A stretch of DNA of 32,000 nucleotides from assembly GCF_000015145.1 (NCBI RefSeq), contig NC_008818.1, forward strand, positions 1,320,001-1,352,000, written 5' to 3'. The DNA comes from Hyperthermus butylicus DSM 5456 (lineage in GTDB: Archaea; Thermoproteota; Thermoprotei_A; Sulfolobales; Pyrodictiaceae). The position numbers and the translations under genes were made by a program. This document shows positions 19,955 to 31,121 of this stretch, one piece after another. Position 1 is the stretch's first letter. Every line of letters begins with the position of its first letter. A model generated the notes under the pieces. It was given only the letters and a program-made list of their open reading frames with translations, did no database searches and had not been told where the DNA came from.

Positions 19955-20089
19955 CTAGATGGCATTGGCTACCTCCTTTAACACGTGGTCTACGGATACT
20001 GTCTCCTTTTCGAGGCTCCTCCTAACCTCAATCCAGTTATCCTCTTTGAGAACATAATTTGCAAGTGAGGAAGCGTCAATGACGTTCAC
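19955..20089 (-). pseudogene. Truncated VapC (PIN) toxin, N-terminal 44 codons then TAG
   Basis: VNVIDASSLANYVLKEDNWIEVRRSLEKETVSVDHVLKEVANAI*KRAVVLD...; the PIN core ends at TAG where homologues typically have W. Confidence 0.7.
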
Positions 20090-20378
20090 GGTCCTCCCTC
20101 ACCAGCCTAGCAGCTAGACCCCTAGGCGTTTCCGGGAGCTCCTCTAGGATGCGGTCAATCTCGCTGAGGGCCCTGATCCTCCGGTACATGCGGACTCTCT
20201 CCTCGATAAAAGCCCTGATCTCCGATGGCCAGTCAACAGCGTCTTTAAGCTTATCCATTTCCTCCTTCAGCTTCCTAGGTATACGTATACTCAGCACAAC
20301 ACTCAAAAGGTAGACACCAGGTACGGGATCAGCGTATACAGTACCGAAAAGCCTTACGTCTACGGTGCAATTACCCAT
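20076..20378 (-). CDS. VapB-family antitoxin paired with the truncated vapC
   Basis: VVLSIRIPRKLKEEMDKLKDAVDWPSEIRAFIEERVRMYRRIRALSEIDRILEELPETPRGLAARLVREDRERH; real start probably near 20300. Confidence 0.85.
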   Translation of the reverse strand: MGNCTVDVRLFGTVYADPVPGVYLLSVVLSIRIPRKLKEEMDKLKDAVDWPSEIRAFIEERVRMYRRIRALSEIDRILEELPETPRGLAARLVREDRERH

Positions 20379-20697
20379 TCCTTTCTATACAGCGGCCAAA
20401 ACGTGCAATGTATGGACGGGCTTGCACGGGCTTAACAAGCGAGGAAGGATACGGTGTTCTGATGCGCTGTCTAGAAGGCTTCGCTACTGCGTCGCCGGCT
20501 CTGCTTCTAAGTATCTTCGTGTTCTCTAATGAGGGCTTGGAGTGATAGCTAGGGGAGGTATACAGGGCGCTTCCTCATATCTCTGGGGAGGCTGTAGCCG
20601 TAGGGGTCGTGGAGGCTAGTCCTCGTCTCTCCCAGTATTTATCCTGGGTATAGACTACCCTAGAGATCAGAAGATATTGGGCGTGAATGGTGGAATC

Positions 20698-21540
20698 CTA
20701 GCTGTCGCAGCATGGTTCGGGTGCTGTGACTGTGCCTAGTGTAGCATTGCGTGTAGCTTCGCGTGATGGATGATTTCTAGCTTCGTTTTCTAGTTGTGCT
20801 TCGCTGTATAGGAAGTCCTTGATCTTGCTGAAGTCTAGCTTGTTGTACCTCTCCAGGCTGCCCACATCATACCACGGGCCCCGGTAGAGGTAGGCCTTCA
20901 CCCGCATGCCCTGCCGTAACATCCAGGGAACCAGGTCGCCCATTATGTCGAAGCCTGTGCCTAGCACCTGCCCCGCCACGTCTAGAACCCTGGGGTTTAG
21001 GGCTAGGACGCCTATTGTCACCTTGATGGGGAGCCAGGGCTTCTCCTCGAGCAGTGTCACGTTGCCCTCCATGTCCACCTCCGCTACGCCCACAGGCACC
21101 TGGTACCGGTCGGCGAGGACCAGGGTTGTATCAGCTCCCCACCCGCTGTGCTTTCTGAGGAGGTCCCCGACGTCTACCGGGGCGAGTATGTCGCCCTACC
21201 ATACCAGCACAGTATCAGCGTCCAGCAGGCCCTTGCGCCGGGCGTTCAATAGGGCGCCGCCAGTATTGGTGTAGCCCTCCTCGTCCCTGCTATACCGTAT
21301 CCTTACACCCCACTGGCTGCCGTCGCGGAAGTAGTTAACTATCTGCCTCCACTTGTAACCGACGAGCAACACTATGTCGTGGAGGCCGTGCCTGGCGAGC
21401 CACGCCACAATGTGCTCCAGCAGGGGCCGCTCCTCAGAACCCACAAGCACATAGGCTTGGGAATCAGCTCGGTATAGGGACGGAGCCGTTTACCCTCACC
21501 ACCAGCCAGAACAGCCGCAACAACACTCGCCAGAACACAC
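20698..21540 (-). pseudogene. Sugar-1-phosphate nucleotidyltransferase (GlmU/RfbA/ManC-like), broken by one indel near 21450 and one in-frame TAG at 21196-21198
   Basis: VVAAVLAGGEGKRLRPYTELIPKPM / (shift) / VLVGSEERPLLEHIVAWLARHGLHDIVLLVGYKWRQIVNYF...LDADTVLVW*GDILAPVDVGDLLRKHSGVGADTTLVLADRYQVPVGVAEVDMEGNV...GPWYDVGSLERYNKLD. Confidence 0.85.
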
Positions 21541-21682
21541 TCACCACTATCCAGAGAGCACGAACTGTTACTCTAGTGTTTTTACTCAGCTCATTGACAG
21601 TCACGCCCTAATAGCCTCTCATCCTTCCCGCTTGTGAAGAAAAATGAATCGGTACATGGTATATGTGAAAATTCCTATATTG

Positions 21683-23309
21683 CTAACGGAATTCTATTAC
21701 CATGCCAACAGGTACATTGTACTCGCAATCTCCGTAGACATACTTGTACCTGCTCTCAGCCATGTAAACATATTCGAAGACATTTACGTCGTTCTCGATG
21801 CTAGGTGTATCGCCTAGGTTTCCAATGTTTCCGTAAACAGTTACTGATGGACTTTCAGCTGAAATTGTGACAGCAAATGATGACATGAATGCTGTTAATG
21901 CCGCACATGCAGCACCTCCTGTAGGTAAACCTAGTGCAGCACATGCAGGGACCGCTAGCATAGCACCTATAGGTATCCCTATCTCGAAATCGGCGCCACA
22001 GGTATCATAGCTTCTAAATATATCTCTAAGGTCTACAAATTCTCCGGGATCAAGGTCTCCGTCTGCTAGAGGAGTATTACTAATAAAGACAATGTTGCTC
22101 TCTGTTCCGCTTAGAAGGGCATTCATTATCGTCTCTGGAGGAAGCCCGAAACCAACACTCCCGCTGATGTATAAGCCATCACTCTTAACGTTAGTTATAA
22201 CTGCCATATATTCTTCGCCAGCATCTTCGCAAGCAGCCATAAAGCAGTATGTGACGTTGTAGACAACATAGAATGGCCTGGCCCACATCCAACACCATGC
22301 TGCTTCCTCGGGCGCCACATACGTGCTACATACATAGCGGTAGGTGTCACCACCCCATGAACGACCACTACCTTTCCACAGCGTAGCTGAGGGCCACTGC
22401 CCGTCAAGAATCTGCGAGAGTATGTTATCGCCAACGCTAAATGTCGGATAAACTGAGATAGATGAATCAGTATAGTACGTGTTTATGCTAACAGTTACCG
22501 TTCCACTATAACTGTACTTATTTAATGCTACTAGTACTGGAGTTTTCACGTAGACCTTGCCATCAAAGTATATATAGTCATCGGCTGGAAGCTCTTCTTT
22601 AAGATCCTCTGGACTTACGTATAGTATTGCATGGTAACAATACTCTTCAATACCACTTGTTATCGGGTCATACGTTACTGTTACACAATAGCTACGTTCT
22701 GGTTCATATGACTGGAACTGCGGGCCATCATCAATCGATATTTTCTTGGCTAGTGGTGGCCTCGTTATACCTCTTATTCCCTCGACCTTAACCTCAGCTA
22801 TCTTTGCTGCCTTGCCAGTAACGTTTACTATTTGAAGTTTGAAGGCTGTACTTGAGCGACTTGCCTGCTAATACATCGATAGGCTTATAGGATATTGAGT
22901 CGAGCACATGATATAGTACCTTTTTCTGGGCCCTATCAACTACGAGGATATGTAATATTAGGCCCGCATATGCTTTGTCTAGCTTTTCTATTCCTCTCGC
23001 CCTGTGATATTCAACCCACGCCTTCGCTATAGGCTTGAGTTTCTTAGCTGGTATGTAGATTAACCCCTTGCCCTTAAAGGCACCCTTGTAGACTACTGGT
23101 AGGTCTTCCGGATAGTTGTGTGGAGCAACTGCTTCAACTAATAGAACCACAATAACATTATCTTTCTCCAGGATTGAAGTCCTATCTACAAGGTTACCAT
23201 TCTGATTAGCATATAGTTTCAAGTCAAGGCTTAGACCTGGCAAGGGACTGTAGCCATAGCTGTAAATTGTAAATGCAGCTATTGGTATTATTAGAAGTAC
23301 TGGAATCAA
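21683..23309 (-). pseudogene. Uncharacterised membrane-anchored/extracellular protein split by a one-base frameshift near 22850
   Basis: N-part MIPVLLIIPIAAFTIYSYGYSPLPG...ISYKPIDVLAGKSL; after a one-base shift the frame continues STAFKLQIVNVTGKAAKIAEVKVEGIRGITRPPLAKKISIDDGPQF...YVKTPVLVALNKYSYSGTVTVSINTYY... to 21683. Confidence 0.6.
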
Positions 23310-23606
23310 TGCTAAGATTTTTTCCCATGTGGGTGCCGAGGCATCCCCTTCACCAAGAGACCCTGTAACAGTTTCTATTTTAAATTTTTACCCCAATCGG
23401 ATAGTGTTTTGATTTATATAGTTATGGTTGTAATGGTTAGAGATTGTCTTTAGGATAGTACCTAGTTGCTATATTGTTGTTATAGGTAGGTAAATGATAG
23501 CTGGCATTACTTCACGTAATCTGTCAGTGTGACAGTTTGCTGCCCCATAGCTGTAGTAGGCTAAGACGGTAAGCCTTGTCCTGCCGTGAGGTGATTAAGG
23601 AGGGGG

Positions 23607-23694
23607 TGGTGCGGGGGGTGGGATTTGAACCCACGCCGGCCTACGCCAGCGGGTCTTGAGCCCGCCCCCTTCGACCTGGCTCGGGCACCCCCGC
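23607..23694 (-). tRNA. tRNA-Leu(CAA), with encoded CCA
   Basis: Reverse complement GCGGGGG-TG-...-GCGGG-CTCAAGA-CCCGC-...-GTGGG-TTCAAAT-CCCAC-CCCCCGC-A-CCA: 7-bp acceptor, anticodon CAA, long variable arm. Confidence 0.94.
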
Positions 23695-23732
23695 AGCCAT
23701 GTAGTCTACATATCATATGTGTGGGTGTGGTT

Positions 23733-24545
23733 TTAGGTTTGCTGCGCTTGGAGCTTCCGCGTGTATAGTATGTAGCCCGTGTGGGCTATCATCGTCGTCC
23801 TGGGGCGTAGCGCGTCGCTCCTGGCCTCGTACTCGCGCAACAGTACCTCGTAGACCCTGGTCTCGGTCCAGGCCCCGCTCAGCTCCAGCGCCTGTAGAAG
23901 TCTCGCCACCTGGTTCGCTGCAGGCATGAAGAAGACTGCTCCAGCGCCTGGGCGCAGCGCTTTGTGTAGGTGCTCCAGGATGCTCCAGGGGTCGGGCATG
24001 TCCACGACAGCGGCGTCCAGGTCTCTCTCGTCTATCCCCTGCCTCGCGTCGCGGACCCGTATCGTTACGCGGTCGAGCAGGCCCAGCCTCTCTAGGTTGC
24101 GGCGAGCCGTCTCAGCCATGTCCCCTCTTATCTCGTAGCTGTAGACGTGGCCCTCGGGCCCCACTATCGATGCCAGGACAGCCGTGGTATAGCCGCTCCC
24201 CACGCCGACCTCCAGGACCCTCATGCCGGGCCTGAGATCCAGCAGCATCACTATGAGGCCGTGATCCTTCGGGTATATGACCTGGCTCCGCCTCTCAAGC
24301 CCCCGCTCCATATAGTCGACAAGGCGTGGCTGGAGAACCACGGCCTCGACGCCGGTGGAGAGCCTCACCCTCGACCCGTAGGGGAGGCCTATCACGTCGT
24401 CGTGGCGTAGTACTCCACGGTCGCTGCCGAGCCTAGCGCCGCGCCGGACACGGAAGATGAAGCGCCTCCTCTCATCGATTACAAGGAGGACGGGGCAGCC
24501 CTCACAGACTATGTCGCGGCAGCACTCGCCACTCAAAACACGCAC
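23733..24545 (-). CDS. trmI: tRNA (adenine-N1)-methyltransferase TrmI-like
   Basis: PKDHGLIVMLLDLRPGMRVLEVGVGSGYTTAVLASIVGPEGHVYSYEIRGDMAETARRNLERLGL...AVVDMPDPW. Confidence 0.9.
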   Translation of the reverse strand: MRVLSGECCRDIVCEGCPVLLVIDERRRFIFRVRRGARLGSDRGVLRHDDVIGLPYGSRVRLSTGVEAVVLQPRLVDYMERGLERRSQVIYPKDHGLIVMLLDLRPGMRVLEVGVGSGYTTAVLASIVGPEGHVYSYEIRGDMAETARRNLERLGLLDRVTIRVRDARQGIDERDLDAAVVDMPDPWSILEHLHKALRPGAGAVFFMPAANQVARLLQALELSGAWTETRVYEVLLREYEARSDALRPRTTMIAHTGYILYTRKLQAQQT

Positions 24546-24590
24546 TCCCTACACTGGCGAGGAGGCGAGAATAGGGCTAGACGGCTACGC

Positions 24591-24809
24591 TCATGGACCC
24601 TCGAAGCCGCACTTCGGGCAGCGGTACACTACGCCCATTTTCCTGCAGCGCGCGCAGCGCCAGATGACTACCTCGCCACAGTTGGGGCAGACGAAAGCTA
24701 CGCCCTTCTCCCAGGGAGTTATGGGGCGGCCACAGCTTGCACACATCGGGAGCTTTGTGGCGTCAACTATGCTTGGCTGCCTCCTCGGCACCTCTAGCTC
24801 GAGCGCCAC
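24591..24809 (-). CDS. Zn-ribbon RNA-binding-type small protein (DUF1610-like)
   Basis: [10 protein letters not shown]...[34 protein letters not shown]; four CxxC pairs. Confidence 0.85.
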   Translation of the reverse strand: MALELEVPRRQPSIVDATKLPMCASCGRPITPWEKGVAFVCPNCGEVVIWRCARCRKMGVVYRCPKCGFEGP

Positions 24810-24876
24810 GATCTCCCAACACCCCCAGGCTGGGCGTGGAGGAGCGTGGTCTAGGCTTTTAACAGTGTTGCCGGGG

Positions 24877-25530
24877 CTAGCTAGCTAGCGCAGCATAGAC
24901 GGCTATCGCTGCTAGTAATATTCCTGAAGCAAGCGATGCTATGCTCATCCTCTTGCCCTGAAGCCTTGACGCTATCACCTTCCCAGTTAAAACGAAGACT
25001 ATGGCGATACTCACGAGGGGTGCTACAAAGATGGTGTTGTACAGCATGAGTAGTGGTACGAGCTTTAGGGGGCTCGCATAGCCGTGCTCGCCTGCTATGT
25101 AGATGAACGCTACCAGTGGCCCCCCGCTACAGGGTAGTAGTGTTAGCGCGAGAGTAAAACCGAGAACAAGCGATGCAGCTGCCCCCGCAACTCCAACAGC
25201 TTTGGGGCCTAGGAGCCTCGCTGGCTTCGGCGTAACCGGCTTCCCGCGAGCCAGCTCGCTAACAGAATTAGCAACTGTTATGCCTGCATAGCCCAGAGCT
25301 ATTGCGAGGAATACGGTGCGCGGCACCATAGTTCCCGCGGTAGCGAGGCCCAAGCCCAGTATCAGGTAGCCCACATAGACGCCAGCTATGAATGAGACTG
25401 CAGCAATCGCCACACTGCGTCTTGTTGCGCGGAGGGAGAGTGCTAGAAGCAGGGTGGCAAAGATGTAGAATGTGCAGGGATTAACACTGTCCGCAGCGGC
25501 CAGCGCCACGAGCTGCCATAGGAGCCCCAA
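24877..25530 (-). CDS. CcdA/DsbD-like transmembrane thiol-disulfide interchange protein
   Basis: [18 protein letters not shown] (PC motif in TM1), symmetric [18 protein letters not shown] in TM4; 6-TM pattern. Confidence 0.85.
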   Translation of the reverse strand: MGLLWQLVALAAADSVNPCTFYIFATLLLALSLRATRRSVAIAAVSFIAGVYVGYLILGLGLATAGTMVPRTVFLAIALGYAGITVANSVSELARGKPVTPKPARLLGPKAVGVAGAAASLVLGFTLALTLLPCSGGPLVAFIYIAGEHGYASPLKLVPLLMLYNTIFVAPLVSIAIVFVLTGKVIASRLQGKRMSIASLASGILLAAIAVYAALAS

Positions 25531-25542
25531 AGCATCCCCCTC

Positions 25543-26094
25543 TCAACCCAGCCTCTCCGCGTCCTGCAGCGTATCCAGGCATAGCAGCTTGTAGAACTCG
25601 GTATGGTCACGCGGCTCCACATAGCCCACAATACTGCTGCCGGTATAGACTGGTATCCTCTGCGCCGGGCTTAGGTTTAGCAGCTGCCTCCACCCCGCAA
25701 CGTCGCCGTACTCGCCGAGCACTATCGCTACAACCCGTCTCGATGAGTTATCGCAGACAACGCTCGTAGGCACACCCATCGTGATACGCGCTGTTACAAG
25801 CGAGGCAAACGCCCTGGCACAGGTGGAGTCCCGTGCATCAATGCTGCAGAAGAGTGCTACACCCGGAAGCTTATCCTCGAAGAACGCCTTGAGCGCACGG
25901 CAGTGGGGGCAGCCCAGGGAGCCTAGAATGACAACGTATCTCCCCTCAGGTATCGATATGTTTGGAGGAGAGCTAGCCTCCGACGATGCTCCACTCATGT
26001 CACTCTCCCAGCTATGACTGTTATACAGCACCACAGCGAAGCCTATAGCTGCACCTATGAGCGCAGCCAGTATGAGCAGATATAAGGGCTTCAC
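25543..26094 (-). CDS. Membrane-anchored thioredoxin-fold protein with CPHC motif
   Basis: N-terminal signal-anchor MKPLYLLILAALIGAAIGFAVVLY, YVVILGSLGCPHCRALKAFFEDKL, cis-Pro-like TMGVPTSV. Confidence 0.8.
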   Translation of the reverse strand: MKPLYLLILAALIGAAIGFAVVLYNSHSWESDMSGASSEASSPPNISIPEGRYVVILGSLGCPHCRALKAFFEDKLPGVALFCSIDARDSTCARAFASLVTARITMGVPTSVVCDNSSRRVVAIVLGEYGDVAGWRQLLNLSPAQRIPVYTGSSIVGYVEPRDHTEFYKLLCLDTLQDAERLG

Positions 26095-26154
26095 GGCGGA
26101 CTGCCCCGCAGAGCTGGTAATACACGATTCCCAGGGGCCGTGCCAGCAAATCCC

Positions 26155-26874
26155 CTACCTCCATATTGCAGCTAGCTTTTCGGGCGTGGGAGGCACGCCT
26201 ATGTGGAGCTTGCCTGATGGTAGCCTGAATGATGGGACTTTATCTACCGGAGGCTTCTTGCCAAGCAGGTTTAACGTATCTATGTTAACCACGTCTATCT
26301 CAGCCGCATCACTACAGTATACAACCTGGAGCGAGGCCGCAATAGCGCGAGCGCAGGGTGCACCCGGCACAGCATACAGCAGCATGCGGCCCCTAGCAGC
26401 GTCTAGGCCAGCACAGCTCTTCGGCTTCCAGGCACCGCCGGCAGCAGCGGTAACAAGCAGGAGCATCGGTGCAAGTATCTCCTCGGGGAGCCCGTGGAAC
26501 CTGTAGCGGAACCCCAGCCTCCCACCAATAGCTATGCTTGGAGGGGGTACGTCAAACCCAGCAGTGGGAGTTTCAACCCTACCTTCGCGCAGCCTTACAG
26601 GGTAGCCGTCGAACAATAGTCTGACAAGCTTACAGCCCTTAGCCGCCACATTACCCTCATCGCACCTCGACACAATTACCTCGACAGGCTCAGCCTTAGA
26701 TACTAGTTCCTCCACCTCTCTACTCGTCGGTAATCCCGATGCACGCAGCAGCACGTCGACGAGCAGAGGCTGAACCAGCACCTTGCCAACAGTCACCGCT
26801 GACCCCGGAAACCCTAGAAGCTCAGAACACGCCTTTTTAGCGTTAGACTCGAATATTTCAATATACACGTACAT
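26155..26874 (-). CDS. Uncharacterised Cys-containing protein, possible degenerate thioredoxin fold
   Basis: MYVYIEIFESNAKKACSELLGF...GRMLLYAVPGAPCARAIAASLQVV...IDVVNIDTLNLLGKKPPVDKVPSFRLPSGKLHIGVP; upstream of the CPHC protein and CcdA. Confidence 0.55.
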   Translation of the reverse strand: MYVYIEIFESNAKKACSELLGFPGSAVTVGKVLVQPLLVDVLLRASGLPTSREVEELVSKAEPVEVIVSRCDEGNVAAKGCKLVRLLFDGYPVRLREGRVETPTAGFDVPPPSIAIGGRLGFRYRFHGLPEEILAPMLLLVTAAAGGAWKPKSCAGLDAARGRMLLYAVPGAPCARAIAASLQVVYCSDAAEIDVVNIDTLNLLGKKPPVDKVPSFRLPSGKLHIGVPPTPEKLAAIWR

Positions 26875-26993
26875 ATTATGATGCAGCACTAAAGCACAGC
26901 CATGCAAGAGGCTGGACCAGCAGAAACCATAGGGCTTGGAGGGAGACACAATATAATCCTCTCCAGGGTCTCGGGCTAGGCACGGCGAGGCCT

Positions 26994-27272
26994 ATGGCGA
27001 GAGTACTGGTCGTAACAACAGTCTACCCCTCAAGCCCAGAGATAAACCTGGACGAGCTTGTCGAGAAGATAAAGTCAAAGCTGCCAAGCGACTACGAGAT
27101 AACTAGGTACGACAAGGTACCAATAGCCTTCGGCCTCAACGCCCTCAAGCTCTACGTGATAATCCCGGAGGAGAGCGAGGGCGGCACATCAAAGCTCGAG
27201 GAGATACTACAGAGCGTTGAGGGCGTCGAGGAGATAGAGGTAGAGGCCGTCCACAGGATATCAGAATACTAG
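26994..27272 (+). CDS. ef1b: Translation elongation factor aEF-1 beta
   Basis: MARVLVVTTVYPSSPEINLDELVEKIKSKLPSDYEITRYDKVPIAFGLNALKLYVIIPEESEGGTSKLEEILQSVEGVEEIEVEAVHRI. Confidence 0.93.
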   Translation: MARVLVVTTVYPSSPEINLDELVEKIKSKLPSDYEITRYDKVPIAFGLNALKLYVIIPEESEGGTSKLEEILQSVEGVEEIEVEAVHRISEY

Positions 27273-27471
27273 CTGTACAGTCCGGAGTATGCTCAAGTCA
27301 AATGGATGTTTTTACAGCTCGACACCATATCGTAGGGCTTGAACGCTATTCGCACAGCTATATAGGGGGCCCTGGACTCCATAGAGCTAGCCAAATAAAC
27401 GGGTATATGCTCTCAAAAGTTCTACCAGGGGTTCCCCATCACAGAAAATCCAGGCTCATAAGGGTGCCTAA

Positions 27472-29712
<2,241 letters not shown>

Positions 29713-29906
29713 CCCCTATCCGTCACACATTCTTTATCTGGGTTTCCGTCAAGCCCTAAACCATATATGATCTTTTACCAGGGCGGTGGGTCGAGTCTCA
29801 TTATTCTCGTAGCATGCGTGGAGCTTGTTAGAGCGGACACACCATCCCAAGCTATAAGCAGTTTTTCTCCGACTGCTCGGTGCTATGATGCTATCCTCTG
29901 ATATTG

Positions 29907-30320
29907 CTATGGGGTAGTCTCTACTCCTAGTTTCTGGGCGAGTTTTCTCAGCTTTTCGTCGAATGTTGCCAGTACAGTGCCGTGGTACATGGCTGTGGCG
30001 AGTATTATGTAATCGTTAACCTCGCGTGGACTGGCACTGTGCTCTTCTAACAGTCTGAGGGCCTGGTACAGCGCCGTGGGAGGTTCTGCCAGATACCTAG
30101 TTCGCGGGTCCTCAAGGTACTCCTGGAGCTTCCGCGTCACGAAGCCTGGTGGCACCCCAAGCTTCTTTACCATGACCCAGATATATTCGTGGACTACTAT
30201 TGATGGGAGTATGATCTTGGCCGCAGCGTCTATGATGTTGGCAGCCTCTTCATGGTGTGGACTGTCTTCGACCGTCTCGTAGACGAGTACGTTAGTGTCA
30301 GGGAGAAGTGGCTTCGTCAA
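29907..30320 (-). CDS. PIN-domain ribonuclease, VapC-like toxin
   Basis: LLTKPLLPDTNVLVYETVEDSPHHEEAANIIDAAAKIILPSIVVHEYIWVM...DYIILATAMYHGTVLATFDEKLRK; overlaps the AbrB ORF end. Confidence 0.88.
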   Translation of the reverse strand: MTKPLLPDTNVLVYETVEDSPHHEEAANIIDAAAKIILPSIVVHEYIWVMVKKLGVPPGFVTRKLQEYLEDPRTRYLAEPPTALYQALRLLEEHSASPREVNDYIILATAMYHGTVLATFDEKLRKLAQKLGVETTP

Positions 30321-30537
30321 GAGCTTCTTCGATTGCCTCCTCGATCTCCTCAACTGTTATCCTCCTCCCAAGCCGTATTGTGAGCCTCTTACGTCTAACA
30401 GGGATGATCTTGATCACGCCCTCATCTTCGTCGTACAGCACCTCTACAAGGTCACCTTCCCTTATATTGGCCTTTGCTCTTACCGTGGCAGGTATTGTGA
30501 CCTGGTAGTTACGTGTAACTTTAACTATTTCACCCAA
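30298..30537 (-). CDS. AbrB-family antitoxin (VapB-like)
   Basis: MGEIVKVTRNYQVTIPATVRAKANIREGDLVEVLYDEDEGVIKIIPV; classic SpoVT/AbrB N-terminus. Confidence 0.93.
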   Translation of the reverse strand: MGEIVKVTRNYQVTIPATVRAKANIREGDLVEVLYDEDEGVIKIIPVRRKRLTIRLGRRITVEEIEEAIEEALDEATSP

Positions 30538-31121
30538 GGTATCCCTACTAGCGATTCAAGGCCTACTAGTATATTAACGTTCCTACTAGCTATGTAGAGT
30601 TACCGCACGCTGCACAGCTATATCACCATTTTGTCTTGGGAGCGGGTAGCTTCCACGGTTACAATAGCTACATGAGCCACGAAGCTACAGTAGTTTAGAA
30701 GGGGCTACGCGCCGAGAACCTTTCCACAGCGTACACTTGACTCCTATGCTTCTGACCTCCTCCAACTATTGATCAGTCATGCCGAGCCCTCCAATAATTA
30801 GTGGATGAGTTAACCTTCCTCGAGTCCAGGATCCGCACCGCGAAGACCTTGTAGCGGAGAAGCCGAGTCTCATAGAGTACACGGTTGGCGTAGGCGTGAG
30901 GCTCACGGAGGGAGAGCTGGTTGCCAGGATAAGGAGCCGTTCACCCGAGAGCGGTGGGTTAGGGTCTTTTATGGTGCCGCCTTCGGGGTCATCCCGGCAC
31001 GGCTCGGGGCCCCTCACCGCCCTCCCTGAGCGGTTCTCGGAACCCCGAGCCCACCAGGAGACAACGGGGGCAAACAAGATTTATGGGGTTTTCTGGGTAT
31101 ATCCCCATATAGGTATAGGAT

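Noticed and set aside
24457-24888. 143 aa plus-strand ORF over the Zn-ribbon gene
   Set aside because: Antisense to a gene with clear CxxC pairs; no domain features.
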